Source: Chrysomallon squamiferum
Taxonomy: Eukaryota > Animalia > Mollusca
Reading direction: 5' to 3'
NCBI GenBank assembly: GCA_012295275.1
Contig: CM022675.1
Span: forward strand, 6,262,001-6,326,000
Length of the DNA: 64,000 nucleotides
Made by a program: the position numbers and the translations under genes. Every line of letters begins with the position of its first letter. The stretch's first letter is position 1. The notes beneath the pieces are model-generated. The model was given only the letters and a program-made list of their open reading frames with translations. It was not told the DNA's origin and did not search any database. Below, in pieces: positions 1 to 16,288 of the stretch.

Positions 1-59
1 CCGGTTGATACACCTGTTTATTAATGTTACTTGCTAAGAAGACGAAAAAGAAAAGATAC

Positions 60-450
60 AGCAACAACAAAAACAACAACAACAGTAACAGTAACAATAA
101 TACTAATACTAAAAGTAATAATAATAACAAGTACTACTACTACTACTACTACTACAAGAAGAAGAACAAGAAGAACAAGAACAAGAGGAACAAGAAGAAC
201 AATAACAAGAACAAGAAGAAGAACAAGAAGAACAAGAAGAAGAACAAAAAGAAGAACAAGAACAAGAAGAACAAGAAGAAGAACAAAAACAAGAACAAGA
301 AGAACAAGAAGAAGAACAAGAAGAACAAAAACAAGAACAAGAAGAACAAGAAGAACAAAAAGAAGAACAAGAAGAACAACAACAAGAACAAGAAGAACAA
401 GAAGAACAAAAAAAGAACAAGAACAAGAAGAACAAGAACAAGAAGAATAA
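60..450. repeat. Compound (AAC/AAG/TAC) microsatellite
   Basis: Directly visible; source of the low-complexity ORFs at 24-630. Confidence 0.95.
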
Positions 451-1019
451 GGAGAAGATGGAGAAGAATGAAAATAACGGAAATAAAATCAATAATTTGT
501 CATTATATCTCCTGACTGTATTTTTGTAACAAACAGACACTGGAAAAAGTAGGTTCGAAAAATTCACAAAAACACTGAAACAACGAAGATGATTTTTAGC
601 TTCTTTTTTTTTTTTATTCAGCGAACCCAAATTTCATTCGCATGATCGGCCTAACAGCTGTTGATTGCGTTTTAAATGTGTTAGTCGTATAACTTTGAAG
701 TCATTAGCCACAGTTCAACTAACGACTGCTGAATGCAATTCTCTTCTCCATTAGTAACATCTCTTTTAGAAATCTGCTGCCGTTGAAAATATGTCACGTA
801 GACGTCAGGTACTGTCACGACATCGTTAAATTCAGCTTAAGTTGAAATGTCAGTGGTGTGTGTGTGTGTTTGTTTGTTAATGTGAGTTCAATCATTAACA
901 GATCATCAGCGACTGCGGAAATCACTGATGGTTTGGTTAAATAAATATCACAAGAAAAAACGTATGTATATATATACAGAGAGATAAATTGATAGATTCA
1001 CAGATATTTAGCTAGAGAA

Positions 1020-1463
<444 letters not shown>

Positions 1464-1952
1464 GTCAGCAAAAACTCTCAAACAGAAAGGTGAAGTTACA
1501 GATTGCACTCGCTCGCTTCAGTCGAATCTGTCTATAATTGTTAACGCGACGCACTATTCAATTTGTTAATCTTTTCATTATTTTTCTTTTCATCAGCGAT
1601 TCTGTTCAGTGTCTGGATCATAACCTGCACTTGATTAGTTAACCTCGAACCCTGTAGAAATATTTATAAACAATTTTAATTCACTTTCTGCAGACACGAG
1701 TAATGACTTTCCAAGATTAGTTATGACAATATAATTGCTGTGTTTGATACAGTCGATGGCAGAGGAGACAATTCGCTTGTGTTATCTTCAGCCGTCGTAA
1801 ACTGAAAGAGCTGAAGTTGATGGTATTAATAACTACAATAACAACAACAGAAATAGCAACTACTACAACAAAAACAAAAACAACAACAACAACAAAGCAA
1901 CATAAACACCACCACCAACAACGCCACCAAAACCAACAACCGAAGCAGCAGC

Positions 1953-1988
<36 letters not shown>

Positions 1989-2272
1989 AATAATAATAAA
2001 GAAAAGAAAAGAAGAATTATTTTATCTTTTAAATCATGTCTTCTGCAGACGCGAGGTGTCATGTTGAAGCAAGTTCTTAGCCCTTTCGATTAAAGATTGA
2101 TAAGGTCAGCCCAGTCACATAAAATGCTAGAATCCCGTAGATTATTTATGACAAGCACCGCAACACGCAAACCTTAACATTCTGTGATGAATTAATGCTG
2201 TAAGTCGCACAACATTGTTTTATAGCTGTAAACTGAAAATCTAAATTAAATAAATATATTTTTGTTTGTCTC

Positions 2273-2303
<31 letters not shown>

Positions 2304-2362
2304 GTTCTCTTTAAATTTTGATTCGTTCTTTCTTTCTACTTAATTTCAGCTTTTAATTAATT

Positions 2363-2397
<35 letters not shown>

Positions 2398-3209
2398 CAT
2401 TTATCTAGTTATTTGTTTTTACCATGGATGCTTCAGAAAATTTGTTTGTTTCCTTGTTTGTTTTTCAATTTCTTTGCTTCGTTAATTTTATTTCTTTTAT
2501 TTTTTAACGTCCTGGTCTTCATTTTAAAAAAAAAAATAACCAAAACATGGCTTTATTTTCTTTTCTTTTCGTTTCTTTTTTTCATGCTTTTTTTTTTCTT
2601 CTTCTTCTTCTTCTTTTTCTTTACGAATCTGTGCTGACATCTGGAGAACAAAAAAAAATTCAATTTGTCCTGCATCGCCCACGCACAGTCCCGTGCCAAG
2701 ATTTCTAAATTCCAAATTTACCAAAGCGGAACAGCGACCAAATTTAATACGAGTCTCCTAGAGCCCACTCTAATTTTATTTCAGCGCCGCTTCCGAGTAA
2801 CGAGAGAGAGAAAAGGGTTAACGGCGTAATCACGTCGTCTGCAGTTCAATTCGATAGTCGTTAGAAATCGAAAATCGCGATAAATGCCACATTCTCTGGA
2901 TTAGAAGCAATCTGTGCGAAATGCGCATTACCGGAAGAACAAACACGGCCGCGAATTGGCTTTTTTTTTTTTTTTTTTTCGGTGGTTTTCGGCGTCGCTC
3001 GCCGTTTAACGTGTTTTGACGCCGAATCGACGTAACCCACACGCGTTTGATGGTAGAGGTTTCTGCAGGACTGATGCTGCTGTGTTAGACGTTTGACAGT
3101 AAACGCAAAGAGACAGAAAGGTGTGAGAAGTCGACCGCGGTAAGAATTGTGATATCTCTTTAGCATTTTGATTATTACGTAAAGCACGTCATGTAGGCGT
3201 TGTCTTTGT

Positions 3210-3240
<31 letters not shown>

Positions 3241-3365
3241 CTGTGTCCTCCTACGAAGTCACTGACCGCTCGTGATAGTCTTCTTCTTCTTCTTCTTTTT
3301 CTTCTCCTTCTTCTTCTTCTTCTTCTTCTTCTTCTTCTTCTTCTTCTTCTTCTTCTTTTCTTCTT

Positions 3366-3396
<31 letters not shown>

Positions 3397-3497
3397 TTCT
3401 TATTATTATTATTATAGAACAATTAATAATAATAAAAACAAAAGTAAAAACTCCGACGACAATAGCATCATGTATTTTATGATTATAATTGTCTGCC

Positions 3498-3534
<37 letters not shown>

Positions 3535-4799
3535 CTTTTTGATTATGTATTTTCATCGTTTGATAATCGTATCATAATTAAATGCAATCGATATTAATTA
3601 TTTTTGATAGCAGTATGTTTAGGATTGTTGTGTTGTTTGATCTTGTGCTTTTTTTGTGGGATTTTTATTTTTATTATTATTATTTTTTTTTTTTTTAGTT
3701 TATATATTTTTTTTTGTTCTTATTGATTGTTTCTTTATTTCTGTCTTTCTTTCTTGTCTCTTTCTATCTTTTTTCTTTCCTTCTTTTTTTTTTTTTTTTT
3801 TAAATTTTGATTTACTTGTTGTTGTTTAATTTCTCCTTTTCTATCTTTATTTCTGTTTCCTTCTCTCATTTCTTTTTTCATTGTCTCTTTCTTTCTTTCT
3901 TTCATTTAAGATTTTTAGCATTCATTTAGTGATCATTCTTAACACAAAATCCTGTTGGTTAGGAACCTCTTACATAAAGAATGAATTATGTGGTTTTAAC
4001 TGCAATTATCAAGATGGTTGGAATTATTAATCTTCACAAATATATTTAGAGGACATTTTGGTGTTGAAATTTTCACGGATTAATTTCTGAGAAACTGCAA
4101 TAATATGATATGTAATATGAAAACTTAGAATCATTAAATTCCTTGTGGACAAACTGAGTCACATGACTAAATAGGAGAACACTACGCTTGTCTAGTGATG
4201 GAAATATACTAAATGCATTTTACTGTCTTTTTTTTCCCAATATGAAAGACTTGTAAAATAATATCTGGCAAAATAAATGAAGAGTTTAATCATAAGAACA
4301 GAAAAAACGCCAACATTAAAATAATATTAATAATTATCACTGAGAAAAATTAATGTACATTAAAATAAATAAATAAATAAATAAAAACAAAAAATAACAA
4401 AAAATAAACCTCGCCAAAAACAAAAATATTTCACAACACCTGCTGAAATTGAGGGATTTTTACGTATTATTCATAAATGAATGAATATATAAGAAATGTA
4501 AAGTAAGCAAATAAGTAATTAAATGAAAAATATAATGAAACACATAAAAGTATAAAATTAGTAAGTAAGTAAATGCAAATCAGTATCATTTACGCTCTCT
4601 TTCTGGCAGATACATGCAAACACAAACATACACACACTTTATGTACGTCACAAACCCACACGGACAAACATACACTCTGTCTCTCGTTCTCTCTCTCTCT
4701 GACTCACTATATATACACATACTCTCTCTCTCTGTCTTTGTTTATTTCTTTTTTCTTTCTCTCTCTTTTTCAACTTTTCTGTCGTCACTATTTCGCTTT

Positions 4800-4862
<63 letters not shown>

Positions 4863-5188
4863 CCACTTTCTTTCTCTGTCCCTTTCTTTGTTTCTTTTTT
4901 TTTCTTTCTCTCCCTTTTTCCACTCTCTCTCTCTCTTCTCTCTCTCTCATTCTCTCTCTCTCTCTCTCTTTCTCTCTCCCTCCCTCCCTCCCTCTCTCTC
5001 ATGCACGCATGTACCTACTCCCCAGCACACACCATTTCTTTATTGATTTTATTTTATTTATTTACTTACTTAATTACTTATCGATTTACTTAACGACTAC
5101 CCATTAATTTATTTACTACTTACTTACCCACTTACCTATTTAAATCTGTACTTACTTCCTAAGTAATATGTTTACATCTATACATACA

Positions 5189-5222
<34 letters not shown>

Positions 5223-5245
5223 CATACATACATATATATATATAC

Positions 5246-5322
<77 letters not shown>

Positions 5323-6061
5323 CATACATATATATATATACATACACACACATATATATGAAAACACCTGTTTACCTTAACTTACATTTATTCAAAACAA
5401 TCACATAAACAATCAAACAACAACAACATCAACAAAAAAAACAGAGACAAATTTTCAAATACGACATCATCATAAATCATGTCCCGTGGCAATGTGGAAT
5501 CTCTGCTTTGTGGACACTTTGCACTGTGGGCACGATTCGTGTTCTTAATCGGATGATTCTAGTGCGATTAATCCGTAGTCGTCAACAGCAGAGAGGTCGA
5601 CGTCTGGTCTAAAACACACACGACACCTCTGCCGTTGTTGCTGCCGACCGTTTATAAGCTTATAACGGTCAAAATGATTTGTTAACCAATTATTTCCTGT
5701 TAATGGAAAAACATCCCCATCGCGTTATTTGATTGTCTGTGTGAAACTGAAGACTTTAGACTGCGATAGTGATGTTGTCGTAGCTGATGTCGGCGCATGT
5801 CTTGTTTCCTCGTGTTTCAGTCCTAATGACAAAGTAATGAGCGTTGGGACTGTATTCGTCTTCAACGATGTCGGCGTTGCAGCATGAGAGAAAGATAAGA
5901 TAAAAATAATAACAATAACAATGATGATGATGATGATGATAATAATAATAATAGAGGTAGAACTAGTAGTAGTGGTAGGTAGTAGTAGTGTTATTAGTAG
6001 TAGTAGTAATGATGATGTGATAATAATAATGAAGATGATAGGATTGCATAATTAACAAAAA

Positions 6062-6137
<76 letters not shown>

Positions 6138-6674
6138 TTCTATCTTTCTATCTATCTCTCTGATATACATAACTACAGCTTATTTGATTAATTTTGTTAT
6201 GTCGACGTATATAAAAAGAAAATAAGATGGTAGAGGTGATGATAATCATTATCTGAATTAGGAATATGAAAATTATGATAGCAATAAATTTTTTGTTTTC
6301 CTTAAAAAACTAAAAAAAATGCATAACGAGATCACAAAACAAAAATCACTGTTAATTCTTAGCATGACAGGAGATAAAAAATGTTCAAACGTTTTAAATT
6401 GCAAAGAAAACATCAGAAATGAGATAAAAAAATAAAAAATAAAAAAAACCAGAAGAGAATTTCCTGGTGTCATGGTGACAAAATGAATGAGACTGAAATC
6501 CCACAGTTTTGAAATCTTTTTTTTTTTTTTAATTTCATCTTTTTATCTTTCTTTTCGTTTTTAAATTTTTTTAAATATCGTAGATTCCTGTAAAATATAA
6601 ACCAACATATTTTTTTAGAGAACAGGTATATACAGGAAGTTTAATTCTTAAATAACAACAACAACAACAACAAC

Positions 6675-6715
<41 letters not shown>

Positions 6716-7689
6716 TAATAATAATAATAATAATAATATAATAATAATGATAACAAAAATAAATAATGGCACTTAATAATAAATACATAAATAAATAAAT
6801 AAATAAATAAATAAGATAAACTTGAATCATGAAAAACGCAACATGCAATTTTTGTTTCCCTCTGAATTTTATTCAACATCTCCAAAGAAAAAAAGAAAAA
6901 AGAAAAAAAGAAAGTCTGTTTATTTTGAGTGAACTGTGTAACTGCATATTAATAATTTTTTCGCTCGACTTAGCAATGTAACAATACAATCAACTGTGTT
7001 ACCAGTCAATCGTGAATTCGGTTTCAGTTTTACCATAAATAGACTGATAATTTCAAACAAAGGCTTGCTGATAGAAAACACTCTGTTTTCTGTTGTTTTT
7101 CTTTCAATGTGAGAAAATTTAAATAAATTAATCGTAAATCGAAAAGATGCTCGTTGAGTGCGTACTAAATTAATCCTGAAATTTTACACTTAGTAAACTT
7201 CATGTCAGCCCGAAATGAGCTATCAAACGTGATTCTGAAAGTTTAACTCTAGAAATAGCTCAAAGAAAATATTTCACATATTCCTCAGTGAGTTTTCTCA
7301 CTCACGACAGAAATGATATTTATTCTGTTTTATTCTACAAATCCAGTTTATCTTGAAATAGATGGAATATATTCTGATATATCCTTCTGTCTGTGTGTCT
7401 ATGTATCTATATGTGTGTATATGGGTGTGTTCTGTGTATGTGTGTGTATGTGTAAGAGTACTTCTGTGAATTTACGTTTACTTGAATATATAGTACATGT
7501 GTTCTTGTGCGTGTACAGATTTCGTGTACTTTTATTGATATGTTTCTATATTTTTCTAATCTATTTTCATGTGTATTTTTGTACAGACGTGGGTGAACTT
7601 TTAATGAAATATATGCGCGTGTGTGCGTGCGTGCGCCGCGTATTTGTGCGTTTGTGAATGTCTGAAAGTTCAGATTCAAAAAATCACAC

Positions 7690-8115
7690 TCATAAATTAC
7701 TATATTTAGTAGTTTAACACAAGACAAATCGTAAATTGCCCTATCAAGTAGTTTTAACACAAGACGAATCGTAAATTACTATATTTAGTAGTTTAACACA
7801 AGACAACGTAAGTTACTATATTTAGTAGATTTAACACAAGACAACGTAAGCTGCTATATTTAGTAGATTTAACACAAGACAACGTAACCTACTATATTTA
7901 GTAGATTTAACACAAGACAACGTAACCTACTATATTTAGTAGATTTAACACAAGACAAATCGTAAGTTACTATATTTAGTAGATTTAACACAAGACAAAT
8001 CGTAAGTTACTATATTTAGTAGATTTAACACAAGACAACGTAAGCTACTATATTTAGTAGATTTAACACAAGAAAACGTAAGTACTATATTTAGTAGATT
8101 TAACACAAGACAAAC
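7690..8115. repeat. Minisatellite, ~36-38 bp unit (TAAGTTACTATATTTAGTAGATTTAACACAAGACAACG), about 11 copies
   Basis: Head-to-tail near-identical units read directly, no spacers. Confidence 0.95.
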
Positions 8116-8379
8116 ATGAAAATCAAAATCAGAAAAACGCAAGTCAGGAATTGCCACTCGTTGCGTCACAGCTGTGACACCTGTCAATCAAGTGTCGTCT
8201 GGAAATGTCGTCTGGCTGGGGTGTAAATGTACAAAACTAGTGCGACTGGAAAACATTATTTTACCCAATTTTTTAGTCCCTTTTTTTTGCAAGATAAAAC
8301 AGTCGAGTTCGGATAAGGAATTAATTAGGACTTTTTTCACTGAGAAAGACTGATACAGTGCAAGAATCATAAAATAATT

Positions 8380-9370
8380 TTTACAGAAAGAAGTGGGATG
8401 CATCATTAGTAAACACTATGATAAAAAAAAAAAAGGATGGAAAGTACATGATCCACTGAGAGAAAAATGGGAAGTGAGGACCTGAAACAGCACGTACACA
8501 ACAGAATGTTCATCACGTGGTTAAAACTTTCTATTCGCTATAGGAAACCCACACGTTCTGCAGAAACAAATTTCTTCCGACTTTGGAGTATCCTGCATTT
8601 CATTTCTAACAATGATAAAGAAAAAAAAAAAAAAAAAAAAAAAAACCAGTTGCAACAAAAATGTTTAAGTTTCACGACGACATGAAAGCAAAACAGCAAA
8701 AGAAAACGATGGTGAAAAAAATACTTCGTGATCAATATTCCACAAAAGACGTTGAATAAATGTTTTTCACTAACGAGAAGCACCTCACTGCTGAGATATC
8801 TTTCCACAATGATCTAGTGTACGGCAGAAGGATGAAATGCATTCCTGTCAAGAGACTTCATCATGCAACTCAACAGTTTACGAAGAAGGTTAAGATCTAT
8901 GCAAGACTTTCCTGGTATGAGGAAAATCGCAGACACATTTTGTTGACGCTAACAGCACTAAAGTCAATTCTGAGAATTACGATAAATTAATTAATCGTGA
9001 ACTACACTCTGACAATAACTTTATGTATTTCAACAAGACAAGCAGACTCGCATATCAGTCAGAGGACTCATCAATACATGAAGGACGCTGTACCAGCACT
9101 CATAAAGAAGGAGGATGATGGGCCACCACAAAGTTCGGATTATAATCTAATGAATTACTGCGTGTAAAATGTTTTGAGTGAGAAGATAAATGAGGGTCAA
9201 ATTAATAAGTTCATTGAAGAGGAACTAAAAACTACGATCAGAGAAAGGTTGAAAATGTCATCCTGGAGGAGATTCAGAGCTGTATTTCATCTTGGAGAAA
9301 GCAACCACCAGCAGTGTGCAGAGAAAATGGAGAACCCATTGACCGTCAGTTCCAGTAGACTCAGATGAGA
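8380..9370 (+). mobile_element. Decayed Tc1/mariner-superfamily transposase remnant (maT/DD37D-like), many frameshifts and stops
   Basis: Frame-broken translation gives STERKMGS..PETART (GRPR linker region), VFFTNEK..HNDLVY..IPVKRL..QQFTKKVKIY (first catalytic D region), FQQD..SHISQRTHQYMKDAVPALIKKEDDGPPQSSDYNLMNYCV*NVL (resembles FQQDGAPAH...WPPNSPDLNPLDY). TIRs not identified; boundaries approximate. Confidence 0.75.
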
Positions 9371-9506
9371 TTCTTGCTTTGAGATTTTCGATATCAAATT
9401 TGTCCTTGTGTAAAAACTACCAGAGTTATTTATAATGATGTAAATTGTTTCGAAAGTTTCAAAACGTTTATTTTTTACTTGTATTATTTATTTATTTATT
9501 TATTTA

Positions 9507-9582
<76 letters not shown>

Positions 9583-12512
9583 TTGTCTAATCGATAGGTA
9601 TGAAAACTGTTTTCCATAAGAACAAGTAAATAAGCAATAATACACACGTAACCTGATATGACACATGACGACAACAGCTATACGTGCTCAGCTCAGACCA
9701 TATATACACACACCACTGCACAAAACGACGTCGTCAACGTAGGACAAACGTTGCGCAGTCCTAACGACGCCTCATTACTCTCCATGGTCTCTTCATTATA
9801 AAAACTCATATTTCAAATACACGTTTTAAATATGAGAAGTTACTGCGTGTTTCAAATTAAGACATAAATAGCTAAACGTAAAGAAATGAAAGAAAGAAAG
9901 AAATAGAAATGATAATATTGATTGATGAGCTTGCTTCTCTGATTATCTTACAAAACGAAATAAAATTATACATTTTTGTTTTTGTTATCAACAAAATTAA
10001 AGAACTAGAAATAATGAAATCGTAAATTTTCCTTTCTTTTAAACTAATAGTACAAAAATACCAAAATAACACGAAGAAAGTTATTGGAAAAAGATTGAAG
10101 AAAAAAGTTAAAAAGTAAAATAAAATAAAGTATTGTATAGCATAGTAAAGTAATTTAAAATGAAATGATATGAAATGAAATAAAATCAGAAATTATTCAA
10201 AAAAAAATCATAACTCTGTAAAAAGTTTTATATTTGTCAGTTGTGTTTATTATGATTATTTCTAATAGCAAAAAATTCCTTTCTCACATCTCTTTCTTCT
10301 GCTTAAAGACCTTCAATTTCGCCTGAACATTTCAACGTGACGGAATCCCTAGAAACGTAGAGATATTTGTTTTAATTCCATCATGCAGGGAGCACATTTA
10401 GATGGGGCAGAAAGAAAAAAAAAAAAAAAAAAAAAAAAAACAATAAGTACAAGATTTGAAAAGGGCTTTTTGAAACAAACGAAGCCGTAGAGTTGGAGAT
10501 GATAGAAAGATAAAAGGGAGGAATGAGAGAAAGGTAGGAAGAAATGAAAGGTGAAAAAAAATGTAATGTTAAGAAAAATGAAACGAAAAACAGTGCAAAA
10601 AAGGAAGTGGAAAGAAAGAATGAATGGGAATTATTATTAGTAGTAGTAGTAGTAGCAGTAATAATAGTAGTAGTAGTAGTAGTAGTAGTAATAGTAGTAA
10701 TAGTAATGGTAGTAGCAGTAGTAATACTAGTAGTTGTAATAGTAGTAGTAGTTGTAGTATTTTTCCCTGTTGTTCGAAGAAACACTTCTCAGAAGGTTAC
10801 TCTTACTTGTTAACAAAGGATGGGTTTTTTCTCCTCCCTTACCATACATAGCACACACACACGCGCGCAAACACACACACACAATCACACACACACACAC
10901 ACACACTCACACATATTCACAACACAGATACACTCGTATACACATATAGACACAAGTACACACATTTCGGCTTTCGATAAACCATTCGAGGAGCTCATGC
11001 TTGAACGGGATAAAACCCGTTACGGAGACATCTTGTTTAGTACGTGCTTCGTAGTTAAACGAATGAGTCAGCAGTACTGAGCACACTTTCAGCAGATTAA
11101 ACTTACATCTTGCCTCTTAAGCTGATTATTTTGAATATTAAGTTTATATTCTTCAGGACATATTAAGTTATTTCTGTACTAGTCTTATTTGTGGGCGTTT
11201 CATAATAAGCTCCCTATGCAAAATGTTGTTTGCTAGCAAGATCGAGCTTTGTTTGCCAAAAAAATACTCGGCTTTCGTTTCATACTCAAGATAGAACCAT
11301 TATATTCATTCAAAATAAAACCATTGTTTTTAAATGTGTTTAAAACTGTGATTAAAACATCGTTTTGCAAATAATAACAAGCCTTTGAAATCAATATTTA
11401 ACTTTTGTTTGAAGCAGACATCAAATTGTTATCTGATTATTATATTTGCAATCAAAACCAAACGTTTGTATGCAATCAGTATAAAAGTTTTCGTTGCAGT
11501 CGAATTCAAACATTCTTTCCAGTCTTTTATTTGCAGTCAGTATGTAACTTCTTTTGCAATTAAGATGAAACATTTAAATAATACTAATACTACTACTAAT
11601 AATAATAAGAAGAAGAAGAATAATAAGAATAAATCAAAAAGCAAAACAAATGCTGTCAACATCTGATTAGTATCGAACTTCTGTCTGCATAGGAAATAAA
11701 ACTTTTGTTTTCAGTCATTTTTTGTTTGCAGTCGATATAAACTATTGTTAGCCATCAAGATGAAACATTTATTTGGCGAATTTTTTTAAAATTTTTATTT
11801 TTATTTTTTTAATATAACTACCTATAAAAAGTGCGACCTGTTGATGAATAGCCTTGACACTGTGATAACAGCATTATTAAAACCTCTCAACACGACGAAT
11901 TATCATAATTTATGCAGCTTATCCATAACTGGATTCCAACAGATCTCCGCGCGTTAATCGAATTAACTAAAACGAGGGGTAACGTTACGGCAGAAACTTG
12001 TCGAGCGAATTGTGTGTTAGCCGATCGAGCTTTGCTAGAAGAACGAAAAATCCTCCCCACTCCGTTCTGGCCAAAAGACTGCTATCGGAGAACGAAGAGC
12101 TATGAAAGACTTAATATCCTTTCGAGATTACGCCGCAGTATATTGGCTGAATGAAGCCATAGAGAGCCGGGAGTTGGCGGAAATAGACTGCTTAGAGAGC
12201 GAAGTGTCGCCAGTTTGCGGATGGTTGAATCCAGCAATGAAAAGAAGAGTTCTGCTCGCCTGCGTCCGAAACCTCGATTCAGATATTCCGTGTCAGCTGG
12301 AATAAATGTCTTTGTTCTTAATATTGCTGGGGTTTTTAGTTTGTTTGGGGTCATATTGTTTTATTTAAAAATAAGAAACAATTGTGTGTGTGTATATGTA
12401 TATACATCGAGCAATATAAGTTGATTTATTATTGTTATTGTTGTTATTTTATTATTATTGCTATTATTATTATTATTGTTTTTGTTGTTGTTATTATTAT
12501 TATTATTATTAT

Positions 12513-12609
<97 letters not shown>

Positions 12610-12919
12610 AATAGAAAAAGAAAAACAGAGAGCTGTAAAGACTTAAAAACACATGTACGCCCCCAGATATCTGATTTCGACTTTTATCTGTAATGAATTA
12701 TTGATTAAAATAAAATTAAAAAATGTGTTATGTAAAAGTGTATAAACTTTCAGGAGAGTTAAAAACAAAATCCGTTAATCAGACACTGGCTTTCAAACCT
12801 GAAGGTCGTGAATTCATTTGCAATGCACATACAACTTGCACCTGCAAATAATAAAGAAATTCCACACGCCTTACATTTTACTGTGTAACATGAACTACCT
12901 ATTATCTTCTTTTTTTTTC

Positions 12920-12965
<46 letters not shown>

Positions 12966-13290
12966 TTATATATATATATATATATATTTATCCAGTATTA
13001 AATACACGAAGCAGTTTTACGAAAGAACAAAATGGCGGAAACAGCTGTATCCTGTTCTCGATTAGATCATGCGTAGTAAACTAGTAGTGGGTACTTCCGG
13101 GGTTTTAATGACAGAAGGATCACGGAAGTGTTTGATTAGTCATATTTAGAGCAATCAAGATTAAGGGATTGTGTAAATTACCTTAAAATATCGGAGTAAA
13201 AACCAGCATTCTAGAACAGGTGTGTATTTTGATGAAGAATAAGTTCAAATAGGTCGTGAGTTAAAGATTTAGATTATGAAGTATTTGAGA

Positions 13291-13325
<35 letters not shown>

Positions 13326-13641
13326 AATAGCTATATTAATAGCAAAATAGTAGCATAAATAAACAAAAAATAACTAAATAGATTAATATTTCTCCCATTA
13401 GAGTACCATTGATTTTCTGAATCATGTTATAATGACAGGAAAAGGAGTGACGATATTTATTAAACGTGTTTAAATAGTCTGTAATACGTGTCGAGATAAC
13501 GTCAAAGATGTGACGTCATCGCTGTGATTAAACGGCTGCGGGTATGAGATATGATTTATATTTTTACCTTGCTGCAGTTGCTGTGCGTTCACGGTGATTC
13601 AGAATATAGAGCGATATGTGAATGTTTTAATTCTTTTACCT

Positions 13642-13717
<76 letters not shown>

Positions 13718-13860
13718 GGAAAAGTGAGACAGATTCAAATACAAATGAAAAGTGATGGCGGGGAGAGAGAGATATGGAAGGAGCTAATGAGAAGAAAACA
13801 ACAAATATAGATAATCACACACAGACGTACGCACGCCCGCACACACGCACGCAAGCACAT

Positions 13861-13894
<34 letters not shown>

Positions 13895-14264
13895 TGAAAC
13901 TTTAATTATTTTTTTTCGGTTATACGTCTACCAGCGGATAATAATCTAGATACTTATGTACGAACATTCATTGTTTAGAGATTGGCAGGTTTATACACTT
14001 TTATTGTTGTTTGTAATCACCAGCTAAGAGCAATTACAAAACAAAATTGTGAGCTCGTCTGACGATTTCCCGTTAATTACTCAAAACCGGATTACGGTTC
14101 TGACGACCACACAGAAGATAATCTAACAACAGCCAAAGGGACATGTTTTCAAATCATCTACAACAACGACAACATTTTTCCCGTGTGTGCGATGTGAAGT
14201 GGGTACAGGCAATTTTCTGTATTCTAACTAAATTGTTTCATTACCAGAAAAACAACGAAGAGTA

Positions 14265-14311
<47 letters not shown>

Positions 14312-14391
14312 CAGATACTAAATATAAAACACTGATGTAAACAGTTTTGATTTCAGCTGAAGGAAACGAAATATAAATAAAAGGTTTATGT

Positions 14392-14486
<95 letters not shown>

Positions 14487-14895
14487 ATTTATATATTTAT
14501 ACATGTATATATATTTACACACACACACATACATGCATACATACAAACATAAATATATACATACATACATACATATATCCACACAGACATACGTACGTAC
14601 GTAAGTACATATATGATTTCATTTCCACAAATGAAACATTTTATAAAAGCTTATAACTCATAATGTATCGTGACCGATCAATACCCATTTAAACTGCGTA
14701 ACGTGACAAGTCAGATGTGTATTTATATTAAAAGCAAAATTTATTACAAAGCACATAAACGTTGAATGACGAAATGTCTAACTTAATTTAAAGAGGTCAT
14801 CATACTCTGGAAGAAATGTTCAAAGTTAGATTTTTCCATAAAATATCCCGGAAACCGGAAGTGTTGCCGTACTTTGTTTTCGAAAAATAGCCGAG

Positions 14896-14945
<50 letters not shown>

Positions 14946-16241
14946 TTGTGTGTGTATATATATATATATTTCTGTTATTTAAAAGACGGTAGTTTTGTGA
15001 AGTTGTTAAAAATCACGACTGCATTTTCAAATGTTTTTTCTTTTTTTTTCTTTTTTTTTTCTTTTTTTACATTTCTTGCGAGCAGCAAAAATCGGGTACA
15101 ATTGATAGCTCAGTTTCGTAACAGATCAGTGTTCAATTGTCTGAATTTTTATTTTTTTTATTATTTTAATCCTTTAAATTTTTTTTTTATTTTTTTTTAT
15201 TTTCAGTTTTTTATTTTTTTTTTTTATTCAAATAACGTTCTTTATTATGTTGTCTAAGCAGTAACTATTATTATTACTGCTGCTACTATTACAATTACAG
15301 TCCCCACTACTATTAAAATTACTACTACTACAACTACAACTATGTTACAGCTTATTTTAAGTACTTCATTAAATAACTCGTATCTTTCTTCGATTTTTTT
15401 TAAAGCATTCGAACTCAAACAAAAAAAAAATATAATAATAATAATAATAAATAATAATAATAATAATAATAACAACAACAACAACAACAACAACAACAAT
15501 AATAATAATAATAATAATAGTAATATAGTAAATAAATAAGTAAATAAATAAACAAATAAATAAATAAATAAACAAGTAAAAAAATAAATAAATTGTTAAA
15601 TAAATAAATGAATAACTAAAATAAAATAAAATACTCTGAAGAGATTTCTTCACAGTATTACACAGAGACTAAACACAAACACAAAACCTACCCACTCTGT
15701 CAAAACAAACATAGCTCCATGACTAAGCTGAATCCGGGTAGTGAAAAGCAGTATTTACCTCTCTGTCTGACAGATTTATTGTAGAAATTATCTCTTAGCT
15801 TGGTGTTCACTAACACTGTAATGTTGACAGCTCCCTAATTTTAAACTGGTAAATAAACACACCCACGTTTTGGTTACACCCAGTCTAATCGCTTCTGAGA
15901 CTGAATAAAGAAAGCGTGTGTTGATCTCTAGTCAGTCGGGGAAGGAAATAAATGAATGAATAAATAAATAAATAAATAAATAAATGCTCAGAAGAGTTTT
16001 AATCTACAGTTATTACGGTAGCAGTTATAATATACGACTAAAATGTATACAGATAAAGGAAGAAAAACCCGCCGTTGTCAAACCAAAATTTTTATTTTTA
16101 TTTTTACTTTTTTTTTTTTTTTTTTTTCTGTTAGTGGTAACAGTACAGTTTGAGTATCCCTTCAAAATCCTAAATTGTATACAAGCAACAGATATTGTGA
16201 TATCATATAGCGGTAGCAGTGGTAGTAGTAACAGGAGTAGC

Positions 16242-16288
<47 letters not shown>

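Noticed and set aside
7690-8115. ~37-bp repeat as a CRISPR array
   Set aside because: No spacers; ordinary minisatellite
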